A DNA stretch of 64,000 nucleotides from Phoronis australis (taxonomy: Eukaryota > Animalia > Phoronida): contig NMRA01000254.1 of assembly GCA_002633005.1 (NCBI GenBank), positions 238,546-302,545 of the forward strand. The letters run 5' to 3'. The notes under the pieces were generated by a model. The model did no database searches, was not told where the DNA came from, and saw nothing but the letters and a program-made list of their open reading frames with translations. Shown here one piece after another: positions 11,176 to 24,206 of the stretch. The position numbers and the translations under genes were made by a program. Positions within the stretch are counted from its first letter, which is position 1, and each line of letters begins with the position of its first letter.

Positions 11176-14100
11176 AGTGGACGCCATGTTGTTAAAGAAC
11201 TTTAAATTTCCAACCTCATGGAAAATATTGACAACATTTAATCATACTGGTGACTGTGGGGACTGTTGGGTGTATCGTTCCCTGAGACAGTTGACAGTGA
11301 ACAGCAATGTGGATAATAATTAATTGTGACTATTAATGAAAGTGATGACAGTGAATTTGTTGCAGAAGTGTTGGAAATGTATATTGTTCATATATGTAGG
11401 TTGTGATATCAAATCTTCGTCAAGTTCCATCCAAATGTTTAACAGTATTTGTTTTTTGGCAGATCAGAATATAGTAGTATGTTTTCTGGCCAACAAGAGG
11501 CGCTGCTAAAATATTTCTTTTTCTCTTTTTTGAGCAATTTCCCACCTAATATCATAATATATATCACTTTTCTTGTTCCGTAACTTCAAATGAACAAATC
11601 CCAATCAAATTGTCATTCAGTTTTTGTCTAGTGTTGTTGGTTTTTGAAGATAGGTTTTCTGTGCCAAAGTATGCAAAAAGTCAGATTTTTGAGTTCAAAT
11701 TTCTCGAACACGAGCAAGTCAAAGCTTGATAACTTTTTAGATTCTTAAAGTATAGTACTTAATGACCTTCAAAACACCAAAATTATCTTGCCCCAAAAAG
11801 TGGCCACGGAAGTGATTTTCTAAGCTTCCTAGAGTCGAATGGACTATTGGCCTAGTTTAGAAGGAAAGCGCTTTGGACGCACTGCACGTCAGTCTGTAGA
11901 AAAATACTATACAGCAACGGTATTCTTTCTCTGACACAGTTACAATTTGATTTTAGTTATGCTCTGCTTTTATCACTGAAGTGAGACAATGATGCGTAAC
12001 AGCGAACAAGGAATATCATGCTGAAATCACTAAAACACAGTTTAGTGATAAAAGGTTATCAATGACTTAAAATCTACGTACTTGCTCCCGGAAAATCTTC
12101 AATTTGAGAAATGAAATTCATCGGTAGTCATTTCTGATTATCTACAATTTCCAAAAACGAACCGAACGTACGCTTTTTGGCAGACCCCGTTCCCCTCCCA
12201 GCCTCCACCCGCTGCACTAACGCATACTATGACATTCTACAATTTATAAAGACACGCCGGCCGTTAAACCCCTTTCCTACCGTACGTCTTCGAGGTAGAC
12301 ATTGCAAATAGGATAATTGTGTCCCTTAACATATCGATGTAAGAAAGGTTGAAGAAAAAGCAAAGGAGCCATAAGCTCATATCGTGTTGTAAACCTAAAC
12401 ACTGAATTCATTCTTGCAAACCTGGCACCAATCTTTCAGGCAGTTCTCGTTTTTGTTTCTCCCCAACTCATGCAAGAAACGAAAACGGGCATGATTGAGA
12501 GAACAAGTGCGCATGATTTTGAAGGCACCCGAAATCAGTAGCTATACAACTAACGGTGTGCTTGATTTATCGCTAAATTTCCCAGCATTGCTATTCAACG
12601 GGTCTAATGATTGGCTGTTCATTCGGCGTTTTCTTATCCACCCGACGTACGAAAATCGAACGAACAGTCCAGCTACTGTAATCCGAGTGACGTTCTCTGT
12701 TTTCATGGGGCGTTCCGCACTGCGTCGGCGATGTAAGTAAATGAAAGCACTTCAATGGGCTTGCAAACAGTTGCCAATAATCGCGAGATGAAGGACGGTC
12801 TTCAATAATAAAATATCCTTAAATGGAGTTAATCCTACTCGGCGTAGCCTGCACCGGAGAACTTCGTCGTCTTCAATAAGGTAAGATTTCATATAGACAT
12901 GAGAAAACGCATACGTTGCTACACGTATCATATGTTCTGACATATGGAAGACGCAGCTCCGTTGAATCAGCCGACAAGCCAGTACTTCCGTTAACGCAGG
13001 CAACAGTTTTAAAACGATTATAATATCATCCATAATGATGAAAATGTCATCCAGCTAAAACGAGTCCTCAGTGTGTCTCCGGGAACACTCCACATTTTTA
13101 GACGATTTGTCCCAGGAAAATCGAGTATGATATGCTGGAAAAGGGACACATTTCTATTACGAGCTTCCATGAAAAAGGAATTTTACTCCATTATTCCAAA
13201 AACACTAGAATTCTGTAGAACTAGATTCTATTATACAGGTAACCCTTTCATTTATACAAAAAGTATAACGTTTAATCTCACGACGCTATATATTTTTTGA
13301 AAGCAAGAACGTTTATAGGGCCATAAATTGGATCACACCTATTTCAGTGAAATTAAAGAAAATCAGAAATTCATATTTCGATGTTCATAGCAAAACAGCA
13401 CCATCAACGTGATTAAACTTCTTAGGGTAGAAAAATTCAAAACTATTATTAAGGCTGATTTCTAGTTCTCAATTAGCCATTTTCTTCACTTGAAAGACTA
13501 TTTCGGTGTACATAAATAAAATCTTAAAAAATATATAAATACTACCGTTCAGAATAAGTGTCGCTCACTGCTGTACGATTCAACTTCATCACTGAAAGTA
13601 AGGCAGGGGAAATTATTTTAAAAAGTCGAGTCATTTTTAATGGAAAATATGGCAAATGATAATCTAACTCAAGATGCAGACTTACCGTAATACTGAGTGA
13701 GTGCTAATATTAGAGACTGATACGCTTATTTCATAAAAAGTACCGTAAGATCTTTCAAACCAGTCGATACGTACAGCATGCATTTCAGTTTCGTTACGTT
13801 GTAATCCTACACCACTCAGAGAAATCGTAACCATAGTTAAAATGTGGGAAAATTAAGTTGGTTCAAACAAATGACATTTCCATTCTTATTGTCCCATAGT
13901 TTCATAAAACTGGGAAAAATATTTGGATTCTACGTAATCCAAAGGTTCCGGTCAGCTATCAGAATTTGTCTTTAAATATCTTTGACGAAAGCAAAATTTC
14001 ATATACGTTAAGGGATCATGTTAGACACTGTACGTTTTGAGCTCACATGCACGCAGCTCATCTCAAATATCGCATCTGTACCACGTCATAGGTGACATGC

Positions 14101-15492
14101 GTGGAGATATGATCCGAAACCTATCAGCGACTTTGTCTAGTATTCCTTAATTTAAAACTTAGTTGTTTTGCATTGCGCAATGATGTATTTGCACCAAGAA
14201 GGTTGAATTTCCTTCCCTGATAATTAGACAAACGTTCGGTAATTGAAGTCTTCGCAAGATTACGTGAGATACTGCCATGCAGTTTAAATTAACAATTAAG
14301 TTATTTCGGCTAGATTTTAGAGAGGCACTATAGTCGGTCCTAGGGTTACAGAACTTGACTCTGGTGTATTTGCTTTGCCAAGCAATGCGTTTCCATGTTT
14401 CCACATGCCCGTGCAAAATGGTGTCTCTAGAAGAAAAATCATTTGGCCAGTTTTTAAGTCAACAGGTACCAATTTCACGAATCCTCCGAATCTAAACCTA
14501 ATGCTGAGCCCAGTTAACTTTCCGTATTGTTGCACTCCAAACATTTTAGGCCCCAGGGTCAGGCAGCATTTTTTCACCAGGATGGCGGCTGTGAGGTCAG
14601 AGATCACTACATGTACATGTAATGTAATTATTAAGATGACGCTTACCTGCAGTGGCGGAGGGTAGGGAATTAGTATTTTGTCACCCTACTCGCTTAACTA
14701 CCACAGCAACGCGGAATTTCTTCAGTTTCACTAGAAATAGATCTATCAAGCATTACGACTTTACAGAGACTATACGCATTACGGATAGATGAAAACATCC
14801 GTTTTATTTCGTCGCTCAAGTAAAGCGACTCCAAACGCATATCGTATCACGAATTATGCATTACCTCCCAATGGAACAGGTTTAAAAGCCTTACCAGACG
14901 GTGAGTATTCGCCTGAGGCAGATTACGCGCAATTAATGTACCTCAGACAGATACGCTCAATGTGACGTCTGTCAATGTTAAGAAAATACCTCATGTGTCA
15001 ATGTAGAAGCAGATTTAACACGCTAGAAATTCTTACGACATGCCAGAAAGATACTCAGCGTGGAGTTAAGGCTTGCAGCTTTGCGTCGCCGAGCTGCTGA
15101 CAAATGAGAACGTAGTAACCGTGGTGTGCGCGTGGCACAGCCCACATCAAGATAAATTACACATCATCAAAAACGCCTAATATGAACATGTTGTTTACCC
15201 GTTGTGTCACCAGAAAACGCACACATTTTGGGCTGGTGCAACATGTTTTGAAGACGCAAGAATCTCGCTAAGGCCAAGCTATAATTTTATCAAGTGCATT
15301 GCTTGCCTACCTATTTTCTCTTCTCCCAAGAAACTAGGTTTTCATTAAAATTGCATTTAGCGGGTTCATTGGTTTGCCACACTTTACAGGTTATTTACCT
15401 TTTCCTTTATTAGTTGGTTTCTACCAGCATGCGAGTATTACCTAAGTTTACCCTTTCCGCTTACTGAGCTAGTTCTCGTTTCCACCGGCAGG

Positions 15493-15645
15493 TCTGATTT
15501 TCCAAACACGATCGATTTTTACGGATTAGGATTGATTTTCCTAACAGGATTGATATTTACGAATAAGGTTTGATTTTTACAAATTAGGTTCGAATTATGT
15601 TTAACTTTGATTTTTACGATTTAGGTTTGATTTTTCTATTAACAA
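15493..15645. repeat. Minisatellite, unit about 19-20 bp (TTGATTTTTACGAATTAGG-like)
   Basis: about 7 degenerate tandem units. Confidence 0.75.
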
Positions 15646-15948
15646 CTTTTGCCCTTTCCGCGGCCCATACTCAAACAATGAAATTTTACCGCGACATGAA
15701 TTTCGGTTTCAACAATTTTGAATTTTAAATTTGTCTGGACAGTGACTCTTCAAATAGAATAAATATTTTTTTCTTTTTGTACGTGTTTACCCAGAAGTGA
15801 TATCATTATAATGATTTGTGAATATGACTGGGGTTGGGTGGCCCCAGGTTCATACCCCTAGAACATACAATATAGTACATCATAAAGAACAAATAAGTAT
15901 TTTGAAAAGTAACTCCTAGCTAATGGGCCTACATAGAGCAACAGCACA

Positions 15949-16760
15949 TTTATAAGTGGGCGCACTATGCCGTCATCCCACTCCATCCGTTGGTAAAAAC
16001 CTCCGCCCTTCCGGCGTCCTGCGTCCGCTGCTGTATCTCCAAAGCCCCTTGATGGATGTTCGTGGACGTTTGCAGAGATGTTCGTTTTATGGATGGAAAG
16101 AAATTCCACTACCCGGGTGTCCCCTAGTGGCGAAAAAATTTTATGTTTACCTCAGTCTGTACGCCTTCCGGATTCGATGTATTCTGTGCCACCGGGAGGT
16201 CGTATCTGTTTTGAAACCGTCCATCTATCAGATAAACTACGCAAAATATCATTATGAAAATTGGTGTACGTGGCTACTGGGGCGAATGCGGCTGGTGATG
16301 TTTTTAGAATGGCCTTTATGTCATTTTTATGCGCCCACCTATTTACATGCTAGTGCATATTGTCGTCGTCTCTTTCTGGGCATCCGGCGTCCAGACTTCC
16401 GACGTCTGCTACTGTATCTCCGAAACCCCTTGCAGGTTCTTATTGAAATTAGGCAGGTGTGTTTTAATGAAGTTGACGACAGATGGCGAGTAGTTTTGGA
16501 CCGATCTGAATACAGTACGTTGTGCCCCCTTGTGGCAATTATATTTTTTACGTCTGTTTCTGTATCTTCGGAATTTCTGGGTGGATTTTCGTGAAATTCG
16601 TCAAATGTTTTTATTACAGAGACGACGATGCCAATTCATTTTGGATGAATTTGGCATATTTTACGTCACATTGTATCAATTTTTGTTATTTTTGCGTCCT
16701 TTTTGTGGCGTCCGCCTCTTTATCTGCCAATAGTCGGTGGGCCAGATTTTGTAGGGCCTC
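15949..16760 (+). mobile_element. Helentron-associated (HINE/DINE-1-like) repeats, two nested or adjacent copies
   Basis: subterminal IR tttttatgcgcccacct (16324) / aagtgggcgca (15955), CGTC-type microsatellite, core repeats containing ccccctagtggc and ctgtatct. Confidence 0.65.
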
Positions 16761-18494
16761 TAGAAAATGGTTTGTGTGAAGAAGAACCGGCATAGTTCTG
16801 TGTTTCAGACTGTGTTGTTCCACGAACGGCTAGAAAAAATACGGACACGCAACAGTCTGCTTCACAATCTCTAAAGACGTTGAGATTCGGAAGCGTTGGG
16901 TCGTTGCCGCGACGAAGCAAAATATGTCCGTGTAAAATTTATAAATGTTTTCGAAAAGTTAGATCATTTTGTCGCATGTTGGTCAATTGTTAAGCATCAT
17001 AGTAACGACCGGAGAATGGGCCAGCCAGGCTGTGTTTTCATGACTACGGATTTAGGGGGGGGGGGACATGCCCCCCTAAAATTGTATCAGGCGAATTGCT
17101 GACTAGCACACATGCGCAACCGGGGCGGGTCTTGGGGGGTGAATAAACAACGCATAGGAGCTGAATGAACCCCGTTTACAGTTTTTTTTTAGTCAACAGG
17201 TCCGCAAACCCAAGAATTCAAGACCCCTGCATCCCCAGAGTTTAGGCTGGGCGCGCGCATCTGCCGAAATCCTGCTTATTCCTGTGCCCTGCCCCCCTTA
17301 ACTGGAAAACCTGGATCCGCCCCTGCTATGGGTTGAAACATTATAATTTTTCTTTCCAAAAAGGACTGGGCCCTCAATCCCTCAAATTTGGGGCCCAATA
17401 TCGGCCCTATTCCCCTCTCAAACATATTGAAATATCACGCGAAATTCCCCCCACGAGGCATAAAAATTCCCCTAGTGAAAAATCTCTCTGAGTTCACATC
17501 ACCTGTAACCACACAGGTGACAATTTTTAAGAGCACAAAAGGCTACTTTAAATTGAGGCAGAGCCTATGAGAGCTTGCAACAGGGCGGGGGTGCTATTGA
17601 TGGTGATCGGGAGGTAGATTGTTCCCGCCCTCACTCGGCGAAAAAATCGCCTCTCAGTAGGCACTGGCACCGTTCCCCTCAGATGAAAGAGGCTTCTGCA
17701 GAAACATGATAACTATGATTGCATTGTCCAGTTAACTGAAATTGAGTTCTAAAACGATGTTATGTTTTGGACGAACGAATTAGGTGTTTTAATTTTAAAA
17801 TTCAACTTGGTCCAGATTGATATTTGAAATCTAACACATGAAATAGACGTAAGAATTATTACAACCAAGAAAGCATTGATGGTCAAATAATTTTTATTTT
17901 CAATTACGAGCCTGGTTTTTTATTTTAATAAAAATATATTTAATAACATCAATTATTCTTTCAGACCAATGACAAATCAACTGTTAGTCCCAGTGAGTGC
18001 ATAGGATCAGGCTATGCTTGATGTTAATATTCTTGATCAACAAATTAAACCAGATGTGACTAATTGCACATGACAGACACCACTGTCGAATATGTCTTCA
18101 ACTCGTCAACAATACGAGCAGATGACCTGGTCCGCGTAGAAAGTATTTTGATCAACAATTTACAAGAAAAAAGTTAACCCTGCATTCAGCATAATACCTA
18201 ATCCGTAACACTACGATCGCCGCAATTTGGTCATATTTACTTTTCATGTTTCGAACCTAGTTTTCCGAAAAAATTTAAACCCTTACATCAGACAACTCTT
18301 TGGCGCCTTAACTTGTTCTCTAATGTAATTTTCTACGTCTCTGTGGTTAATTGTCGACACATCATTAAAATTTAATATCCAGGTTGGACTCGAAAGACCG
18401 GCTATTTAACTCACGCAATGTCTACTTTCGCTTTGTTTATCGCAGTGAGCCTCGCTTTGGATCTTAATGGCCGCCGCGTGAATAGGGTCTATTG

Positions 18495-19300
18495 TGAAAA
18501 TTTACGGTTGTGTTCCTGATGAGAAGGCCACGACTGACGTTGAATTTCAGACGGGTTCAACTATGATTGTGTCGTCCACTAGTGGCGATTTTGTTTTTAT
18601 TTGCGTCTGCGTCCGAATATTTTTATAACCCTTTGAAGGAGCTTTGTGAAATTGAAAGATTGTGTTCCTCTTATACTGCCGACGAAAACGGTAACGAGTG
18701 TTGAATTGATCTGAATACCACTGTGCCCCCTAGTGGCAAAATGTTTTTTTACGTTTACCTCTGTATCTTCGGAGTTCATTTTTTATTAAATTTGACAAAA
18801 AAGTTTTTGTAAAGGTGAAGACAACCCCTTCCCATTTTTAGACAGCTTTGATTTTCTGCCCCACCTGGTGGCCATTTAGATATTTTTGTGTAGTACAGTA
18901 CGTTTTTGACGTCTTGCTCTCTATGTGCCAAACCTCTGAAAGTATCATTTCCAAAATTCAGTGTTGTGATCCTGATGCAAATACCGCGACAGACGTTGAT
19001 TTTCGGACGATTTCGACTGCTCTGGCGCCCTCTAGGGCGTCTACAGCGTCAATCCTTTGCCAAATTTGCGGATAAGCTCCTACATGTACAGTTTATGTAG
19101 ACGGCAACAGATGACGCTGAGTTTCAGACCAATTGGACCGTACATGTGCACCCTAGTGCCAATTTTATTTTTTTTACGTTTGTCTCTGTATCTTAGGAGT
19201 TCGTTGGTTTATTTTCATGAAATTTGGCAAATAGTTGTGTTAGAGACGACGCGACCTTCCCAATGCGGACTGGTTTACATATTCTGTTCCATCTAATAGT
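18495..19300 (+). repeat. Array of about 150 bp HINE core repeats, same family as 15949-16760
   Basis: recurrent gccccctagtggc / tttacgt.t.tctctgtatct / gaaatttgg units at about 125-165 bp spacing. Confidence 0.7.
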
Positions 19301-19454
19301 CATTTTCGTGATGCTAAGAACGTCCATAGAAACGCACCGTTTGCGGTGCTGTCGTGGGCGTACTTCAACGCTCTGAGTTGCTCTGTTTGTGTCCTTTGTC
19401 GTCTACGTCCCAATCCTCCAAACTTCTTGAAGAATCATGACGAGATGTAACATA

Positions 19455-19612
19455 ATGAGGAAGGATCCCTTTTGGAACCAAAGAACAATACCTGATGTGG
19501 TAAGTGTACAGCCGTTTCGACCTTATACCACGGACATGATTCAACTCCGGGTGAGATAGGCTGTACACATCAAGGTACGGTTCTTTGGTTCCAAAAAGGA
19601 CCTTTACTCAAT
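19455..19612. mobile_element. Palindromic MITE
   Basis: ttttggaaccaaagaac...tgtacagcc inverted against ggctgtaca...gttctttggttccaaaa. Confidence 0.75.
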
Positions 19613-20830
19613 ATTTTTCGTCACGTAAGTGGAACCCAGTAATACACATAGCCTTATGATGAGATGTGACAAGCGTGTTTCTATTCAGCGGAGCATTTCT
19701 GACTTGCTTTGCACTTCCTAAGGGCAAGGAGGATGTTTAAAATAATGATCAACTCTTTTATCAGCGTTGTATGTCATACAACTCTCTCTGCGTTTCTCTT
19801 GCCTGGTAAAATTAGAATAGGTTGTTGATGGCGTTATACATTTAAATAATAACATAACAAATGTTTATGAACGGAAACGTGAAGGCTGGCCATTGTTGAA
19901 AAAATCTGGGGGAATTGAGGTAATTTCATACGTCGAGTTATCGTCTCCAGATGGGTCGTTCATACATTGTACATGTACTGTTAGGATGAGCCGAGTGGCG
20001 TTCATTTGTTTCTTCTGTTGCTAGGTTACCTTCCTCAAATCTGGATTTTGCAGATATTCACGAGCCTTTGGTTAAGACATACTTTAAAGTACGCGTAAGT
20101 TTAGCCACTCTTTTATGGGGATAATCCCACAGAGTAACTCTTTCGGAGCCGGGAATTTGTGGACAGCTGAAACCGTACAAGAGGAAATGCCACGTTGTCA
20201 AAAATTAACGCATCTTTGCAAAAAATATTTAGAAACATAGTTGATATTGAAAACTCCTCTGTAGATTCACGTAGTTGGAAAATTATCCTTTTGTAAAGTT
20301 TGAAGCTCCCAAAGTGGATCCTTTTTCTGGAATATTATCGGAAAAGCCACATTTTCTTAAAGAATTTTTGTCAGAAAAGGGCAAATTTGCAGGGAAATTA
20401 GTCGTGAGGGTTTGCTAATAGCGAATGTGTTGTGTACAGTGTTGCCGGGTGTTGTTGTAACGAATGTTTAACACAGAAGCAATTAATAAAGTTATTTTAT
20501 TTGATTTATTATCATAAAATCAATATTAAACTAATAACTTGTGTAGAAAGCATTCAACTGTCATGTTATTATAGAAATGTTTTGGAAATGAATAAAGTCA
20601 CCGTTGCCGCACCCCATCTCCATCGACTGTGTCTGTGTTCAACCGGGTGACATTATGCTCATAACCAGCTGCAATGATCTCTTCCGTATAGAAACCCTCA
20701 CACTGTTGCCAGGGATGCATACTATCACCTATAATGCAGTACAGAGGAACTGGTATGGGGCATGCGCATTGAGATTTGTACATTCGCTATTAGGTACTTG
20801 CACTCTAAAACCTTTTCAACATTGTTGTAA

Positions 20831-21012
20831 CGAGACTACTAAACATTATTTTGGTATAGACGACGAAAAATTGGACAGTTTATAATGCCATCCTACTGAA
20901 GAACCAGGAGTGCGTCAGTTCGAGGATGGCCGCCAGTACTAGGACTAGGAGGCTGAAAACGCTCACGAGGTAAAATTTCGTCGTCTATGCCAAAGAAGTT
21001 TTAGTAGTCATG
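20831..21012. mobile_element. MITE with TIRs of about 40 bp
   Basis: gactactaaa...tttggtatagacgacgaaa inverted against tttcgtcgtctatgccaaa...tttagtagtc. Confidence 0.75.
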
Positions 21013-24000
21013 ATTATTCTGGACGCATGATTATATTTAGTACATTGCTGTAACCACATTGAACATCAACTATGACGGGCAAGAAAACATGGAAGAGAAA
21101 TTATGCGCTTGTTGTGTGATGTTAGTCAGTGGGACTGAATCTCATTTTTGTTGGTTTGTTCCTTTTATATATTCACCTTCGACGTAAGTTTTACATCTCA
21201 GCTATTGTGAGTGGTGTATTTTGGATTGGTAAACAGTTTAAAATGCATAAATTAACACCGTTTTAAAACACCAACACCGTGTGTGCGTATGTGTAGGCCT
21301 ACTTATTGTTTTCTATTGCTGTACAAGTGCCGGTAGACTGTTCTCAGGGATTAAATGTATGTCTTATAAAGCCACCCTCCAGAGCGGCACGTTCTACACA
21401 CTTTTGCCTCACCTTTAAGATTCTTCAAGCAACATCTACATACGTTTCTAGGCAAACCTATACGGATCCTCTCTTTTCTGATTCTGGGATTCCTAGTAAT
21501 CATTTTGAATGACTCATCCGAGTTCCTGTAATTATGCCTTATGATCCCGCGAATGATCCTATGATTTCGCCTATTAGATTAAATACGCCAAGTGATGGAT
21601 ATTTATCAGCAGGGCTATCCTAAAGCACTCAGTGGATTCTTAATGGCCATTGAAACATCGTGCAGGTTCGCCTATAAGAATATAAGTAGTAGTACCAGCA
21701 AAGCATTACATGTAATGCCGTTTTGGTAGTATACATGTGGAACCTTATCGACAAGACAGTTTATTTAGTAAGACATCTAGAAAACTAAATTAATTAAACA
21801 GTATAAAAGTATTTATTTTCTGAGAGAAGAAAGCTTTTAGATTTTGTCTTTAATATTGTAGCAACGTGCCATCATTTGGAAAGTTGGCCATAACGTCTTA
21901 GTAAAATTTAGCATAAAAGAAAAGTACATTCATTCAAATTGGCCAAAATTTATTTCATATAAATGTACAAGATAAAATCTCATTAACAATTTTACAGCTT
22001 GTTTGGAAACCATTTCGTTTTATTTGATTTTCGATTGTTTCTCGACTGGACGAATATCATGTATACGATTAATATAATTCCTATTGTCGTAAACGAATGA
22101 TTTGTTCTCATCTTCCGCAGGCGTTTGTCTGGTTCGTCTTTTCTTATTTCGACTGCTCGCTTTACCGCATTTTCAACATAACTCCGAGTTAGCCTTATTC
22201 CGTTAACGGATGCATATTATACATACTGTGTAGTCAAATTTACCGTACACGAACTCACTGTCGTAAAATGTGGTGCAGTGAAGACAGGCTTTAAATCGCT
22301 GATATATTTTTCTGAAAATTAAGTGTGTTTTAGCTACTATTCGACTCTTTCCGGTTCATTTAGATAACATTTAATATAACTGATTTTAACGTTAGTTAAT
22401 TCAGTCGAAACTCAAACCCAAATAATTTCCATTCAACGTCTGGTATAATCACTCATCATCAAGAACTGATAAAGGGCTTTCTAATGATATGGCTCGTCTG
22501 CAATTAGGTTGAAAAATGGCAAAGTGTTGCGAATTAAAGTTTTAGTGACGGTAAATTCCATTGCAACACCCAACACCGGAACAAATCATATATATTGAAC
22601 TACATTCTCTGGAACAACCACAGACATTCCAGTGCAACCGGAATAGCTTGCTCGACAAACAAGATTACTGCATTTTTATAATATCCTGAATAACAAAATC
22701 GAACTTTTCCTTGGGGATAGATATAACTCGCGTAAGAATTTACTTTCGAATAAATCACGCGCATAACCCATTATTAAAAAGTAGCGTTTTATTTGTCAAT
22801 TTCCCGTGTATGCCCTGTGAACCACGCAGCATAATCTATATTGTACTACGGCAAATTATTCCTAGGCGAGACTGCTGTGGGCGGCGCACGTTGATAACCG
22901 AACATTCGAAATTAAAAAGCGAGACACCTAGACTCAGGCCATACTGCAAGGGGAGAATGTCAGCCGCAGTACTCCAAAAGATCTGTTGTGTAGTCGTGCC
23001 TGAGAAATGGAACGGGCAAATATTTGTAAATCGTGTGCACGAAAATTTACGAAAATTTTCGAAAATTTCGTAGCGTGTGTCTAAAAGGGGACATTCTAAT
23101 GATGTGGTGGGACGCGGGACAAAGCTTCAAAAAAGAGGATCATCAATTGCCTCTTAAAAGAGATCTAAACTACAAGTTTCAGTATTTTAGTTAGCCAGAC
23201 AGCTAACTGTATGAAGACTATACATCTAGGTACCACTGTGTGTTTTTCTTCCATAGACCCCGAAATTGCACACTGCCAGGGTAGTTCTGCTCGTCAACTC
23301 GCCGTGAATTTGTATCAACATGTAGAGCTAAAGACCGGTGGGGGTGCATGCAAAATCAGTGGGAGGCAACCGACTCTCATCTTGCCCGTTACAGCCGTTT
23401 AAGTGAAAAACAATCTAATAAACGTCATTTTCTTGAGTAATTCTAGAGGTTTTGTAACAAAGAAAAGTCTGTCGTCGTTTTGAAAACAGTAATGTGAACT
23501 AATAAAAAAGACGTGATTTCTTATATAGACTTAATCCATAACCTAAATTACATAAAAATGCATGTTTTTGTACTTCAGTAATCTTTAAAGACATCCCGAA
23601 TATCCAAACGGTTACCATGCACCGCTCCGGAAGTGTCCGTATTCAAAAACGACGTCTTTTGGCGTAAACGTTGTCGCACCCAGCCATTGGTTTGTTGTGA
23701 ATTAGAGTAGCTGTCCATCTGTCAAGGGTGACGCGATATGAAGTTGTCCATTAGTTAATGTATAGGTTTGTAAATATTTTTAGTCCAGATATACGTCTTC
23801 TACATTATGGTGGCATCGGTGTCCAGAGGTTTATTTGTGGGTATACTGGAGGTAAACATGCTTTCAGATTTTCAGATTTGTAATGCCACACGATAGTGTT
23901 TACTTACGAAGTAACTGAATGCATGGTGTTGATGAAACACATGTTCTCCATGACACCAATGTTTTTGGAAGTAAGACCATTTCTAACTGTAAGAGGTACT

Positions 24001-24206
24001 ATACAATTGTCACTGTGTTTTGTCTACCCTTTGTCACTGGACTTGGTGCCTTTCGCCCACGCCGTCGAAAATTCAACTAAGTAACAAATTGTCAGTCATT
24101 TCACATCACAGTTCCTACGCATGACCTGTTTCATATTTTTAGCACATTTATTTCCACCGAAAAGGGGAGGCTCTCCGGAAAAAGTGTCAAAACACGCAAA
24201 ATAGAC

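Larger units (their letters stand above)
9467..11854 (+). mobile_element. Academ (XPG/Cys8 type) DNA transposon, internally deleted and degenerate
   Basis: TAGGCC...GGCCTA termini, GTT 3-bp TSD (9464-9466 and 11855-11857), subterminal inverted block ccgtgaccactttctgggg / ccccaaaaagtggccacgg; coding remnants YHKQC (about 10485) and GW...PLAP...CKRSGCSKKMCSCWNSCIPCSKLCDC plus an acidic tail. Confidence 0.8.

Noticed and set aside
12752-14665. Minus-strand gene suggested by ORFs 12752-13033 and 14317-14607 and donor-like sites near 13685 and 14646
   Set aside because: No recognisable domain and no consistent exon chain
15956-16594. 212-aa ORF
   Set aside because: Reads through HINE repeats and microsatellite; no protein-like features
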